NCBI GenBank assembly: GCA_905235515.1 | Contig: CAJOLV010000003.1 | Coordinates: 5,680 to 69,679, forward strand | Reading direction: 5' to 3' | DNA: 64,000 bases | Source: an uncultured Bacilli bacterium | GTDB lineage: Bacteria; Bacillota_I; Bacilli_A; RFN20; CAG-826 | Shown: in pieces, positions 10,199 to 20,583 of the stretch | Layout: every line of letters begins with the position of its first letter | Numbering within the stretch: position 1 is the stretch's first letter | Notes under the pieces: model-generated | Databases searched by the model: none | What the model saw: only the letters and a program-made list of their open reading frames with translations | Told to the model about the DNA's origin: nothing | Made by a program: the position numbers and the translations under genes

Positions 10199-11782
10199 CT
10201 ATTTCGCTGTTTCGACGGCGCGATATTCTCGGATAACTGAGACTTTAATTTGTCCTGGATAAGTCATTTCCGCTTCAATGCGCTCTTTGATGTCTCTTGC
10301 TAATTTGAAGGCAGCAACATCATCAATCTTTTCTGGGATAACCATCACGCGGAGTTCACGACCACTTTGCATAGCATAGCTTTGGTAAACACCATCATAT
10401 GATTTACAAATTTCTTCTAATTGTTCAATACGTTTAATGTAATTCTCTAAGATTTCGCTACGAGCACCTGGACGAGCAGCAGATAATGTATCAGCGGCTT
10501 GAACGATGTTAGAGATGACATATTTTGCTTCGACATCACCATGGTGAGATTCAATGGAATTAATAACCACATCTGGTTCACCATATTTCTTGGCCAAGCG
10601 AGCACCGATTTCCACATGGCTGCCATCCATTTCAAAGTCTGCCGCTTTACCAATATCGTGTAATAAACCAGCGCGTTTGGCTAAGTTTTGGTCTAAACCT
10701 AATTCAGCGGCCATAATGCCAGATAAATATGCCACTTCAATAGAGTGATCTAAAGCACTTTGACCATAAGAAGTACGATATTTTAATCTACCGACATAGT
10801 CGAGTAGTTCTTTATTGATTCTTGGTAAACCAAGTTTGAAGGCCACTTCTTGACCAGTTTTATGAATGGACTCGTTGACTTCATGCTTACATTTTTCGAC
10901 AATTTCTTCGATTCTTCCTGGTTGAATACGACCATCTTTAATTAAAGCTTCGAGAGACATTCTAGCAATTTCTCTTCTAATTGGGTTGAAACTGCTAACA
11001 GTGATAACTTCTGGTGTATCATCAATAATTAAATCAACACCTAATAATTGTTCTAATGAACGAATGTTACGACCTTCTCTACCAATAATACGACCTTTCA
11101 TTTCATCACTTGGTAAAGCAACGACTGAAACTGTCTTTTCAGTAGTCACATCTTGGGCATATTTAGATAAGGCTAAGCCTAATAATTCTTTAGCTTTATC
11201 ATCACATTCTTCTTTTGCTTCTTCTTCTTTTTGCTTAATATAAGCAGCGATTTCTTTAGAAATCTTTGATTCCACTCTTGCGAAAAGTTCATCTTTAGCT
11301 TCTTGAGTAGACATTTGTGCAACTTTCTCTAATTCAGAAATGATGCTATCGATTTTAGTTTGTAAAGTCGCTTCTTTTTTATCTAATTCTTTTAAGCGAC
11401 GATTTAAGTTTTCATTTTTCTCTTCAAGAGAAGTTTCCTTTTGAATGAGAGCAGCATCTCTTTTATCAATGCTTTGTTCTCTTTGAGAAAGTTTGTTTTC
11501 TTGATTAACTAAATCTTGTTTCTTTTCTTGAATTTCTTTGTTTGCTTCTTGTTTCATTTCATAGATAGCTTGTTTGCCATCTAATTGGGCGTTTTTAGTA
11601 ATGTGTTCTGCTTTGATTTCTGCTTCACGAATGATTTTTTTAGCGTTGTTTTGGGCTCTTTGTTTCTTGAAAAATGGAATAAAGAAAACGATAGCCATAC
11701 CAATTATGATGCCAACAACCGCTAAGATAATAGGAAAAGCAACATCTTTAAAAGCATCAACCATGACAAATTTTGATACCAT
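10199..11782 (-). CDS. rny: Ribonuclease Y
   Basis: 527 aa. N-terminal TM helix, coiled-coil region, KH domain ([12 protein letters not shown]) and HD domain (LLHDIGKA). Confidence 0.95.
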   Translation of the reverse strand: MVSKFVMVDAFKDVAFPIILAVVGIIIGMAIVFFIPFFKKQRAQNNAKKIIREAEIKAEHITKNAQLDGKQAIYEMKQEANKEIQEKKQDLVNQENKLSQREQSIDKRDAALIQKETSLEEKNENLNRRLKELDKKEATLQTKIDSIISELEKVAQMSTQEAKDELFARVESKISKEIAAYIKQKEEEAKEECDDKAKELLGLALSKYAQDVTTEKTVSVVALPSDEMKGRIIGREGRNIRSLEQLLGVDLIIDDTPEVITVSSFNPIRREIARMSLEALIKDGRIQPGRIEEIVEKCKHEVNESIHKTGQEVAFKLGLPRINKELLDYVGRLKYRTSYGQSALDHSIEVAYLSGIMAAELGLDQNLAKRAGLLHDIGKAADFEMDGSHVEIGARLAKKYGEPDVVINSIESHHGDVEAKYVISNIVQAADTLSAARPGARSEILENYIKRIEQLEEICKSYDGVYQSYAMQSGRELRVMVIPEKIDDVAAFKLARDIKERIEAEMTYPGQIKVSVIREYRAVETAK

Positions 11783-11961
11783 AATAAATCCTTTCTATAT
11801 ATGTAAAAATTATAACTATAATTTTGCCAAAAATCCCCGATTAGGGTATAAATATTGGCGTATATTTAACAGACTAGGTCTGATAAAAAGTTCTCAAAAG
11901 AGAATATATAGTTAAGTACCAACAAGGTACGCTTTAATTATACTTATTTATTTTATAAATG

Positions 11962-12516
11962 CTATAACAAATTATTCAATTTTAATTTGCCTACTTCAAT
12001 AGCCTTCTGTAATCGGTCTTCCACTTCTTTTTCAGACAAATAATCCAAATTGTAAGCGCTGACACAATCAAACTCTTTAATGCCCCATAATGAGCACAAA
12101 GCTTTTAAATATGGGGTGGCTTGTTCTAAATCAGAGCCATCTGGAATATACATTCCGCGAGTAGTGATAAAAAACATAAATGGGCATTTTGCAATACCTG
12201 AACAGGTTTTGCCATTATCCTCAAACATCACATCTGCAATTGATAATTTTTCTAAAAATACTTTTAAAATTGATGGGAAAGACATGTCCCAGAAAGGGGC
12301 AGCAATAACTAAGCCATCACATTTAGCAATCTTCTTGGCCAGTCTCACAAATTTTTGATCAATAGGTTTATTGGTCGGGTTATTTTTTTCAGTATAAGGC
12401 TTTAAATCTAAATCGCTGAGATTAATAGTTTCCGCTTCTTGGCCTCTGATGATTGAGCGGGCTAATTTTAAGGTGCGTGAATCTTTACCACGCATACAGG
12501 CATTAATAAATATCAT
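11962..12516 (-). CDS. Flavodoxin-like fold NAD(P)H-dependent FMN reductase or oxidoreductase
   Basis: 184 aa with a flavodoxin_2 / FMN_red-like pattern (MIFINACMRGKDSRT...GLVIAAPFWDMSFPSILK). Confidence 0.6.
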   Translation of the reverse strand: MIFINACMRGKDSRTLKLARSIIRGQEAETINLSDLDLKPYTEKNNPTNKPIDQKFVRLAKKIAKCDGLVIAAPFWDMSFPSILKVFLEKLSIADVMFEDNGKTCSGIAKCPFMFFITTRGMYIPDGSDLEQATPYLKALCSLWGIKEFDCVSAYNLDYLSEKEVEDRLQKAIEVGKLKLNNLL

Positions 12517-12566
12517 ATGTTAATTACTCCACAAAAAGAAAATAAGCCCAATAAAAGGGCTTAAAA

Positions 12567-13565
12567 TTATTCAACGACTCCGTTTTTGATTTGTTCAGTT
12601 AATTCTTTAGCAACATCTTCGTTAACTTTGATGTAATCCTTAGCGGCTTCTCTACCTTGTGCAATCTTATTGCCTTTATATTCAAACCAGGAACCACTCT
12701 TCTTGATTAAACCTAATTCTACTGCTTTATCTAAGATTTCACTTTCCTTGCTGATACCTTGACCATAGATGATATCTAATTCACAAGTTTTAAATGGAGG
12801 GGAGACTTTGTTCTTCACTATCTTCACTTTAACTGTGTTACCAACAATGTCTGAACCAGTTTTCAAAGCTTCAGTTCTACGAATATCAATTCTAATAGAT
12901 GCATAGAATTTTAATGCGCGGCCACCCGAAGTTGTTTCTGGATTGCCATACATCACACCAACTTTTTCTCTTAATTGGTTGATGAAGATGACCGCACAAT
13001 TTTGCTTATTGAGAACACCAGCAAGTTTGCGCATGGCTTTTGACATAAGTCTCGCTTGTAAGCCAACTGATGAATCACCCATTTCGCCATCTAATTCAGC
13101 TTGTGGGACTAAAGCTGCGACAGAGTCGACAATGATTAAACTAATAGCACCACTACTCGCCAACATCTCAACGATTTCTAATGCTTGTTCACCGTTGTCT
13201 GGTTGGGAAAGTAATAACTCATCAATATCAACACCTAAATTTTTCGCATACACAGGGTCGATTGCGTGCTCAGCATCTACAAATGCAGCGCGCCCACCTT
13301 GTTTCTGGCATTCTGCGATTGCGTGTAACGCGAGTGTTGTTTTACCACTTGATTCAGGACCATAGATTTCAATGATTCTGCCCTTTGGATAGCCTCCTAC
13401 ACCGAGTGCATCATCGAGTAGAAGTGAGCCGGATGGAATGACATCAACATCAACGGCTTGACGTTCGCCTAATTTCATCACGGCGCCTTTGCCGAACATC
13501 TTTTGAATCTGTTTAAGCGTTTCGTCTAATTTTTGTTCTGTTTCTTTAATTTCTTCTTTTGCCAT
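12567..13565 (-). CDS. recA: Recombinase RecA
   Basis: 332 aa. [12 protein letters not shown] Walker A and the canonical RecA core ([20 protein letters not shown], loop L2). Confidence 0.97.
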   Translation of the reverse strand: MAKEEIKETEQKLDETLKQIQKMFGKGAVMKLGERQAVDVDVIPSGSLLLDDALGVGGYPKGRIIEIYGPESSGKTTLALHAIAECQKQGGRAAFVDAEHAIDPVYAKNLGVDIDELLLSQPDNGEQALEIVEMLASSGAISLIIVDSVAALVPQAELDGEMGDSSVGLQARLMSKAMRKLAGVLNKQNCAVIFINQLREKVGVMYGNPETTSGGRALKFYASIRIDIRRTEALKTGSDIVGNTVKVKIVKNKVSPPFKTCELDIIYGQGISKESEILDKAVELGLIKKSGSWFEYKGNKIAQGREAAKDYIKVNEDVAKELTEQIKNGVVE

Positions 13566-13620
13566 AAAAAGTACCTCTATAAACTATTGTCGAAAAATCG
13601 TATTTTAGTTTCACATTTTT

Positions 13621-14091
13621 TTAATTTTTTTGAAAAATCATGTTTTTGAGCATTTCCATTCCCAGCTCTACAGCGCGATGTTGAATCTCATCTCTAGTGC
13701 CATTTAATTGGAACTTTTGCACCTGTGCAAGATCTTGTGTACAAATGCCAATATAAATCTCTCCAACAGGCTTATTTTCCATTGCCTCCGGTCCTGCATT
13801 GCCTGTGAAAGAAATGCAGTAATCAACATTTAATAAATATTTCCCATGAGCCACCATTTCTCCCGCGACTTCTTGGGAAACAACCCCGAATTGTCGCACT
13901 GTATTTTCATTTACCCCGACAATTCTAATCTTCTCTTCTGTAGCGTATGAAACGATTCCACCTTTAAAAAATTTACTAGCTCCTGGGACCTTGGTCATCT
14001 CTCTAGCGAACAAACCACCGGTAAATGATTCAACGCAGCCAAGCGTTCTTCCTCTTTTAACAAACTCTTCCTTTAATTCGTTAGGAGTCAT
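13621..14091 (-). CDS. CinA C-terminal domain protein (nicotinamide-nucleotide amidohydrolase PncC-like)
   Basis: 156 aa. LGCVESFTGGLFAREMTKVPGASKFFKGGIVSYATEEK matches the CinA_C family. The pgsA-cinA-recA order mirrors Bacillus. Confidence 0.85.
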   Translation of the reverse strand: MTPNELKEEFVKRGRTLGCVESFTGGLFAREMTKVPGASKFFKGGIVSYATEEKIRIVGVNENTVRQFGVVSQEVAGEMVAHGKYLLNVDYCISFTGNAGPEAMENKPVGEIYIGICTQDLAQVQKFQLNGTRDEIQHRAVELGMEMLKNMIFQKN

Positions 14092-14735
14092 TATTCTTTT
14101 TCTCCTTCCGTTAAGAAAACTTGTCTATTTTGCCATACATAGATAACACCAGAAATAAATGACATAGCTGTAGCGAGATATACTAAGAAATCAGCAATAT
14201 GCAATCCTGCTGGCCAATTAGCATCAAAATATTTAAATGGGAAGCCGTTGAGTAATACTGCACCAATAGCTACCATTTCAAATACTGTTTTCATTTTGCC
14301 AAAGATATTAGCGGCAATAACTATTTTCTTTTGAGCGGCAATAAATCTTAAAGCGTCAACTACAATGTCACGAACAATTAAAATAATCGCACACCACATA
14401 TTAAAACTAATTACTTGCTCAGGTGCGTATTTAGCAAAAATAGAGGGAGCGATTAAGAAAATCACCATACTGTTAATAAGTAATTTATCAGCCACTGGAT
14501 CTAAAAATTTCCCTAAATTTGTGATTTGATTATTCTTTCTGGCTAAATGGCCATCAAGATGGTCTGTGTAACTAGCTATCACAAAGAAAACAAAAACAAT
14601 TAAGAAAACTAAGTTAATACCAGTATTGCCTAATGTTGGGGCTTGGAAATTGATAAAAGACATAACAAATAATGCGATTATCAATAATACTGTCGCAATA
14701 ATTCGAGCAAATGTAATTTTTGTTGGAAGATTCAT
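14091..14735 (-). CDS. pgsA: CDP-diacylglycerol--glycerol-3-phosphate 3-phosphatidyltransferase
   Basis: 214 aa multi-TM protein with the CDP-alcohol phosphatidyltransferase motif DHLDGHLARK...GKFLDPVADKLL. The RBS AAGGAG sits 7 nt upstream of the ATG at 14735. Confidence 0.9.
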   Translation of the reverse strand: MNLPTKITFARIIATVLLIIALFVMSFINFQAPTLGNTGINLVFLIVFVFFVIASYTDHLDGHLARKNNQITNLGKFLDPVADKLLINSMVIFLIAPSIFAKYAPEQVISFNMWCAIILIVRDIVVDALRFIAAQKKIVIAANIFGKMKTVFEMVAIGAVLLNGFPFKYFDANWPAGLHIADFLVYLATAMSFISGVIYVWQNRQVFLTEGEKE

Positions 14736-14751
14736 AATTCTCCTTTTGAGT

Positions 14752-15075
14752 ATTCGATCCTGTAAGCCATGTTTTGTCTAGGATAATTATTTATCTAAGC
14801 TATGCTTATTGGTCTCCATTCAATTCTTTTGACCAATCTCCCCTACCAAATTTGGGTTTCTCGCTTGTGGGGTTTACCGCGTTCCACCTTTATGTTTCCA
14901 TAAAGCTACGTCACTGTGGCACTTTCAGAATTTCCACCATGGTTACCTTTAGGTGGTCCTTCGCCGTCACGCACTCCTACGTGCCTAGCGTTATTAGTTC
15001 CGCTAGCGCAATCACTACAAGCATCTCAGCTTGTGCGAGCATGGACTTTCCTCTACTAAATAGCAGCAATTATCC
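14752..15075 (-). ncRNA. rnpB: RNase P RNA, bacterial type B
   Basis: The minus strand reads AGAGGAAAGUCCAUGCUCGCACAAGCUGAGAUGCUUGUAGUG (CR-I/P4). It also carries GAAAGUGCCACAGUGACG...GGUGGAACGCGGUAAACCCCACAAGCGAGAAACC (CR-II/III region) and ACAUGGCUUACAGGAUCGAA (CR-V). All three align closely with B. subtilis rnpB. P1 forms from CUUCGAUC (5') and GAUCGAA (3'). The segment is locally GC-enriched and non-coding, and rnpB lies next to gpsB as in B. subtilis. Ends are accurate to about +/-5 nt. Confidence 0.9.
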
Positions 15076-15090
15076 AGATCGAAGTTTTAA

Positions 15091-15453
15091 TTATTTAATA
15101 GTTTCAGGAATGATACCGTGTTGATATAAGTATTTTTCATAACGGTTAATCTTCTTGATGAGTTCGATGTTATCCATGGAGACAACATCTGTTTCTCTGA
15201 TGTCTTTTAAACGGCTTTCATACTTACTAACTTGGATTTTTAATTCTTCGTTTTCGGCCTCTAATTTATTAATTTTATCTCTTAGATTTTCAATGTCTCT
15301 TCTTTCGACTAAGAAGTTGGCTTCTACAACCTTATAATCTCTTCTAATCTTATCAAGAAACTCATCGACTGAAAGAGGATCATAGCCTCGAGGAACATTA
15401 TTGAATTCTTTTTCTAAAATTTCTTTTGAATTTAATGTAAGTTTAATTGCCAT
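15091..15453 (-). CDS. gpsB: DivIVA-domain cell-cycle protein (GpsB-like)
   Basis: 120 aa. The N-terminal DivIVA domain KEFNNVPRGYDPLSVDEFLDKIRRDY is followed by a coiled coil. Lies next to rnpB and near recU as in the B. subtilis ypsB (gpsB) locus. Confidence 0.75.
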   Translation of the reverse strand: MAIKLTLNSKEILEKEFNNVPRGYDPLSVDEFLDKIRRDYKVVEANFLVERRDIENLRDKINKLEAENEELKIQVSKYESRLKDIRETDVVSMDNIELIKKINRYEKYLYQHGIIPETIK

Positions 15454-15542
15454 TTAGTGACCTCTTATACTATAATATAAGAGATTAAAGAGTATTGCAA
15501 TCTTTTTTCTAACGAAAAAAGAATAGATATAGTCAAAAAAAG

Positions 15543-16268
15543 ATGAAAAAAATCGACAGCCTTCTCAAAGGGAGAAAAAGTATCGCGTTCGTGGATTTTG
15601 AAGGAACGCAATTTTCTCATGAAATGATTGCAATAGGTGCTGTATTAGTTAATTTAGATAAAAACAATCATGTTAAAAATATGAAAGAGCCATTCATGAG
15701 ATTCGTGAAGGCAAAAAATAAAATTGGTAATTATGTTGTTAATTTAACCCATATCACCGAAGACACTCTTAAAAAGGAAGGTATTTCTTTTAACGATGCG
15801 ATGCAACAATTTAAGAAATATTTAGGTGTTAAATGGAAGAAGTGTTTGTTTGTCACATATGGCAATCACGATGTTAGAATTATTAATCAATCTGTCGCTT
15901 ATAATTTCCAATATCCAAAGGACATTTGTTCACAATTTCATAAAAATTATGCCGATTTTGCCACATTTATTGGTGAATTTATTCGTGATGACAACGGCAA
16001 CCCACTCAGTCTCGTGCATAATTGCGAATTCTTTAAAGTGAAGATGAGAGAGCCTGCTCATGACCCTGTCAGTGATGCAGTTAATCTCGCTAATTTGTAT
16101 GACGCTGTTTTAAAGAGCCCACTATTAATTGAGGCTGAATATAAGAAGGCAATTTTACACACCAATCACTTCCCAGCGCCTGTTAAAGCGGTATTAAAAA
16201 GGCTTAACAATGGAGAAGCAGTTACCGCTGAAGAATATAACCAATTTGTGAAGGATTACATCGAATAA
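15543..16268 (+). CDS. DEDDh-family 3'-5' exonuclease (DnaQ/KapD-like)
   Basis: 241 aa. Exo I FVDFEGT (D-x-E), Exo II GNHDVRII, and Exo III HDPVSDAVNLANLY (H-x4-D). Stop overlaps the recU start (TAATG). Confidence 0.55.
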   Translation: MKKIDSLLKGRKSIAFVDFEGTQFSHEMIAIGAVLVNLDKNNHVKNMKEPFMRFVKAKNKIGNYVVNLTHITEDTLKKEGISFNDAMQQFKKYLGVKWKKCLFVTYGNHDVRIINQSVAYNFQYPKDICSQFHKNYADFATFIGEFIRDDNGNPLSLVHNCEFFKVKMREPAHDPVSDAVNLANLYDAVLKSPLLIEAEYKKAILHTNHFPAPVKAVLKRLNNGEAVTAEEYNQFVKDYIE

Positions 16269-16855
16269 TGCGTTATCCAAATGGTAAACAATATCAAAAG
16301 AAAGAAACCAAGAAGAGAAAAACTTCTTCTGATATTTCTTTGTCTGCCGCTAATAGAGGCATGGATTTAGAAAATGATATTAATGAATCTAATGAATATT
16401 ATAGTGAGCACGATATTGCCTTAATTACAAAAAGACCGACACCTATAAATATAGTTAAAGTTGATTATTCAAAAGGAGCAAAAATAGTTGATGCTTACTT
16501 TGAAAAGCAATCTACGACTGACTATAACGGTGTATATAAAGGAAAATATTTAGATTTTGAGGCTAAAAACACAAAAAACAAAACTAGTTTTCCTTTAGCA
16601 AACATTACATCTCATCAAATCATTCATTTAAAAAGAGTTAATCAACATGGCGGCATTGCTTTTTTTATCATCGCGTTTGAATCATTAAACGAAGTTTACT
16701 TGTTAGATTCTTCCTTTGTTATCCACTTTTATGAAAAAGAAAAAAGAAAATCGATTCCATACGATGTTTTTAAAAAAGAAGGCATATTAATAAAACAAGG
16801 GTACCATCCACGCTTACATTATATTGACGCTGTCGAAGAAAAATATTTCAAATAA
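16268..16855 (+). CDS. recU: Holliday junction resolvase RecU
   Basis: 195 aa. The sequence MRYPNGKQYQ...NRGMDLENDINESNEYY...ITKRPTPINIVKVDY...TTDYNGVYKGKYLDFEAKNTKNKTSFPL aligns nearly end-to-end with B. subtilis RecU. Confidence 0.93.
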   Translation: MRYPNGKQYQKKETKKRKTSSDISLSAANRGMDLENDINESNEYYSEHDIALITKRPTPINIVKVDYSKGAKIVDAYFEKQSTTDYNGVYKGKYLDFEAKNTKNKTSFPLANITSHQIIHLKRVNQHGGIAFFIIAFESLNEVYLLDSSFVIHFYEKEKRKSIPYDVFKKEGILIKQGYHPRLHYIDAVEEKYFK

Positions 16856-17479
16856 TTATTTATGACAAAGGTGAGCCAGTTTGCAAGATTCGCAAGCTGG
16901 TTTTTTAGCGGTGCAAAAATATCGACCGAAATGAATTAATTGATGATGGGTTTTAATCCAACGTTCTTCATCTATTAGTTTTTTTAGTTTTTGTTCTACT
17001 TCATATGGATCAGCATCTTTATTTACTAAATTAAATCTTTTACTAATTCTTAATATGTGTGTGTCCACAGGTAAATCTGGAATCTTAAAGATTTCCGCTC
17101 TCACAACTCCTGCTGACTTATTTCCAATGCCTGGTAGTTCTTGTAATAAATCTTTATCAGATGGAATAACGCCATTAAATTTTTTGATTAATGTTTGAGC
17201 GATACCAATGATGTTTTTAGCTTTGTTTTTATATAAACCAATGGAGTGAATTTCATTTTCAATATCTTCTAATTTGGCGTTCGCTAAAGATTCTAAAGTT
17301 GGATAATGTAAAAATAAATGAGCTGTCACAGCATTAACTGAAGTATCCGTTGTTTGCGCGGAAAGCATCACTGCAATAACCAATTCATAATCTTTTTGAT
17401 AATTTAATTCACAGGCGACATTTGGGTAAATTTCATCCAAATAATCGAGGATTTGCGATATTTTTAGCTTATTAGTCAT
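16856..17479 (-). CDS. nth: Endonuclease III (DNA glycosylase/AP lyase)
   Basis: 207 aa. HhH-GPD motif (LPGIGNKSAGVV), catalytic D, and a C-terminal 4Fe-4S cluster CTAKKPACESCKLAHLC. The dnaD-nth order matches Bacillus. Confidence 0.9.
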   Translation of the reverse strand: MTNKLKISQILDYLDEIYPNVACELNYQKDYELVIAVMLSAQTTDTSVNAVTAHLFLHYPTLESLANAKLEDIENEIHSIGLYKNKAKNIIGIAQTLIKKFNGVIPSDKDLLQELPGIGNKSAGVVRAEIFKIPDLPVDTHILRISKRFNLVNKDADPYEVEQKLKKLIDEERWIKTHHQLIHFGRYFCTAKKPACESCKLAHLCHK

Positions 17480-18119
17480 CGTTATCTAACCATGGCGTCT
17501 TAGCGATACGAATGGTTTCTTCAAGGTTTTTGTCCCAATCTTCTCTATTAGTGGTGACCCCATATTTTTCCATATCCTCACGGTTAGACCAAGACAAAAG
17601 AATCTTATCTACAGAACGGAGAGATTTTTTGTTTTTAGAAAGGGCTTCTTTTAAAGCGTTAATGATTTGTTCATCGGAGAAACCATAGTCAACCCATTCT
17701 CTAATTTTACTGATTTCTACTGGCGAGAGTTGCCTACCAAGTAACTTATCAAAAGCAGCGTAGATATTTTCTAATTCTTCTTGTACATTTTTCTTTTCTT
17801 CTGCTTTTGATTCTTTAACGATGGATAAACTATATTCACGGAACAAAATTTTCTTTAAAGGATCTAATGTCGTAATTGTGCGATTATCTTTAGTTTCGTA
17901 GGCAACATAGCCTTTGGTTAAAAGAGCTGCTAAAATTTTATCAATTTCTTTAACATCTAAAGACATTTTTAAAGATAATAAGTCTTGTGTCACAAATGGA
18001 TTACCTTGACTAATTAAATGATCAATCATAAAGATAGTTGCGAGCTCTTGCTCATTCAACTTAAGTTTTTTATAGTTCTCTAATAAGAGAAAACGGAAAT
18101 CTAATGCTTCTGAGACCAT
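17472..18119 (-). CDS. dnaD: DnaD-domain replication initiation and membrane attachment protein
   Basis: 215 aa. N-terminal winged-helix-like region and a C-terminal DnaB_2/DnaD-type helical domain (ISKIREWVDYGFSDEQIINALKEA). Immediately upstream of nth as in B. subtilis. Confidence 0.7.
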   Translation of the reverse strand: MVSEALDFRFLLLENYKKLKLNEQELATIFMIDHLISQGNPFVTQDLLSLKMSLDVKEIDKILAALLTKGYVAYETKDNRTITTLDPLKKILFREYSLSIVKESKAEEKKNVQEELENIYAAFDKLLGRQLSPVEISKIREWVDYGFSDEQIINALKEALSKNKKSLRSVDKILLSWSNREDMEKYGVTTNREDWDKNLEETIRIAKTPWLDNDD

Positions 18120-18129
18120 ATGTGCTTTA

Positions 18130-18810
18130 TTACTCTATCACATCTTTAAGATGTTTGATAGAATATTTCTCCAACATTTCATCCAATTCTTTAGCATTTA
18201 TATTTTTAAATTTCTTAAATTCCATTTTGATTTTGTCTTGGGAAATCTTATTTAAAAATTTTACTGAATTAATCAAGGCATTTTCTAGATGTGATTCTAT
18301 AGTTAATTGATAGGTTAGAGAGAAACGTATCGCTCTTAGGATTCTTAATGGGTCCTCTTTTAAACGCTTTTTTGGACTACCAACCATCCTTAAAATTCGT
18401 TTACACAAATCATTCTCCCCACCCTCAAAATCTATGAGTCTAAAGTGATTATCCATATACATAGCGTTCACTGTAAAATCTCTTCTAAGGTGGTCGGTTT
18501 TTAAATCTTTTACAAATATAACATCAGTGGGATGGCGATAATCCTTGTAATGTTTTTCTTTTCTTAATGTAGTGATATCGAATTTAACACCATTAAAAAC
18601 ATATTTCACTGAACCCATTTTAGCATAGGTATAATCACCCTTAATGAATTCTTTCATCTCTTTTGGCGTGGCATCAGTCACCACATCCATATCTTCAAGG
18701 GGGACACTTAAAAGAATATCTCTTACTGTTCCACCAACAAGGTAAAGATGATAATTGTGTTCATGAAAAATGTTAAATAATTGTAGAAATGCCTTAGTTT
18801 TTTCTAACAT
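18130..18810 (-). CDS. Short tRNA nucleotidyltransferase / poly(A) polymerase-family protein (CCA-adding enzyme head and neck only)
   Basis: Pol-beta NTase head motifs GGTVRDILL, DMD and RRDFTVNAMY. Only about 226 aa from the ATG at 18810 (the ORF-track TTG start at 18846 is preceded by an in-frame TGA), whereas typical CCA enzymes are about 400 aa. No downstream ORF supplies a tail domain. Confidence 0.7.
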   Translation of the reverse strand: MLEKTKAFLQLFNIFHEHNYHLYLVGGTVRDILLSVPLEDMDVVTDATPKEMKEFIKGDYTYAKMGSVKYVFNGVKFDITTLRKEKHYKDYRHPTDVIFVKDLKTDHLRRDFTVNAMYMDNHFRLIDFEGGENDLCKRILRMVGSPKKRLKEDPLRILRAIRFSLTYQLTIESHLENALINSVKFLNKISQDKIKMEFKKFKNINAKELDEMLEKYSIKHLKDVIE

Positions 18811-18885
18811 ACTTTTATTATAGATAAAAAACAAAAAAAGAGACAATCAATGTTGCCTCTATTTTTCTATTTCAGATAATAGCTA

Positions 18886-19170
18886 TTATTTATTAATTTT
18901 CTCTTTGAGATCTTTAGCCAATCTGAAGGAAATGGATTTTGTTTCTTCAATTGTTAATGGAGTGTGTTTCTTTGGGTGAGTACCAGCTCTACTCTTTCTC
19001 ACTTTTGGTTGGAACACGCCGAAGTTTGTAACATTAACTTCTTCGCCCTTAATTAACGTTTCAATAATTAGGTCAAAGCATGTGTCTAACGCTAATCTTG
19101 CATCTCTTTTTGATAGATGAGCTTTTTCAGAAACCATCTCTACCAAATCACTTTTGTTCAATTTTTTCAT
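18886..19170 (-). CDS. hup: Nucleoid-associated DNA-binding protein HU
   Basis: 94 aa. The HU/IHF fold signature FGVFQPKVRKSRAGTHPKKHTPLTIEE marks the beta-arm with conserved R/K/P residues. Confidence 0.8.
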   Translation of the reverse strand: MKKLNKSDLVEMVSEKAHLSKRDARLALDTCFDLIIETLIKGEEVNVTNFGVFQPKVRKSRAGTHPKKHTPLTIEETKSISFRLAKDLKEKINK

Positions 19171-19263
19171 AAAAAATACCCCTCAGTCTTATATACTAAA
19201 CTAATATAAAAATTATTTCTAGTTTTAATATATTTTTTTCTGAAATTATATATTTCTTGTAGG

Positions 19264-20583
19264 TTATAATTTGCCACGTTTTTGTCGACAAATAATCTTG
19301 ATTGGAGTCCCGTCGAAATTAAATGTTTCTCTCAATCTATTTTCTAGATAACGTTGATAGCTAAAATGCATGAATTCTGGATTATTCACAAACAAGACAA
19401 ATGTTGGTGGCGCGGTAGAAACTTGTGATGCATACAAGATTTTTATTCTTCCACCATTGAAGTGTGGAGCTAAATTCATCATTTGTGCATCTTGCATAAC
19501 TTGGTTCAAAATTGAGGTTTGAACACGCGTATAATACACTAAATGAACCATCTCTAAAGTCTCAAAAATGGTATCAATTCTATTCTTTTTTAGTGCCGAA
19601 ACATAACATATTGGAGCATAGTCCAAAAATTTATATTCTTCTCTAATTAATCTAGTGAAATCGCTCATTGTGTTGGTTTGTTTATCCACGATATCCCATT
19701 TATTCACAACAATAATAATGGCTTTATGTAAATCAGTTGCGTATTGAATAACATGCTTATCTTGATCTAAAATTCCTGCTTTTCCATCAATAACAAGTAG
19801 CACTATTTCACTGCGTTCAATAGCTTTTAAAGCTCTGATTGCGGAATATTTATCAATAGATTCATAGATTTTTCCACGTTTTTTCAAACCTGCAGTATCA
19901 ATAACGACATAATTCTTGCCGTCTTTTTTAAATGGAGTGTCAATAGAGTCTCTAGTTGTGCCAGAGATATCAGAAACGATAACTCTATTTTCATTTAAAA
20001 TTGCGTTCACTAAAGAGCTTTTACCAACATTTGGTCTTCCCACCATACAGAAAGTAATTGTGTCTTCATCAATTATATCTTCTTCAGTGTCTGGTAATGA
20101 CTCCACTATTTTATTTAATAAATCACCGATACCAATACCATGAGCACCTGAAACAACTATTGGTTCTCCTAAACCTATGGAATAAAATTCTTGTGCTTCT
20201 GCAATTAATGAACCTTCATCAATTTTATTAACAGCGAGAATAACTGGCTTGTTTACTTTATAAAGCATCTTTGCTACTACTCTATCATCAGCAGTCACGC
20301 CAAGTTTGGCATCAGTAACAAAAACGATAACATCAGCCTCATCAATAGCGATTTGGGCTTGGGCTCTGATTTGTGTTTGGAATGGGGCATTTTTAATTTC
20401 TACACCACCGGTGTCAATGATAGAAAAAGTTTTACCAAGCCATTGGCAAGTTCCATATAATCTATCTCTTGTAATACCGGCCTCATCGTCTACAATCGCA
20501 TGTCTTTCGCCAATCATACGATTAAAAATCGTTGACTTACCAACGTTAGGAGACCCAACAACTGCAACGATTCCTTTTGGCAT
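19264..20583 (-). CDS. der: Ribosome-biogenesis GTPase Der (EngA)
   Basis: 439 aa with two tandem GTPase domains (GSPNVGKST and GRPNVGKSS P-loops) and a C-terminal KH-like domain. Confidence 0.95.
   Translation of the reverse strand: MPKGIVAVVGSPNVGKSTIFNRMIGERHAIVDDEAGITRDRLYGTCQWLGKTFSIIDTGGVEIKNAPFQTQIRAQAQIAIDEADVIVFVTDAKLGVTADDRVVAKMLYKVNKPVILAVNKIDEGSLIAEAQEFYSIGLGEPIVVSGAHGIGIGDLLNKIVESLPDTEEDIIDEDTITFCMVGRPNVGKSSLVNAILNENRVIVSDISGTTRDSIDTPFKKDGKNYVVIDTAGLKKRGKIYESIDKYSAIRALKAIERSEIVLLVIDGKAGILDQDKHVIQYATDLHKAIIIVVNKWDIVDKQTNTMSDFTRLIREEYKFLDYAPICYVSALKKNRIDTIFETLEMVHLVYYTRVQTSILNQVMQDAQMMNLAPHFNGGRIKILYASQVSTAPPTFVLFVNNPEFMHFSYQRYLENRLRETFNFDGTPIKIICRQKRGKL

Noticed and set aside
10447-11915. 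Multiple small ORFs on both strands within rny and its upstream region (10447-10653, 10554-10748, 10986-11243, 11574-11915)
   Set aside because: They are shadow ORFs overlapping the rny CDS. No RBS or homology features.
12943-13375. Plus-strand ORFs antisense to recA
   Set aside because: They overlap the highly conserved recA CDS. They are antisense artefacts.
14774-15124. 116-aa plus-strand ORF in the ORF track
   Set aside because: It overlaps the minus-strand RNase P RNA. The locally higher GC content creates a spurious open frame. The peptide has low complexity and no homology-like features.
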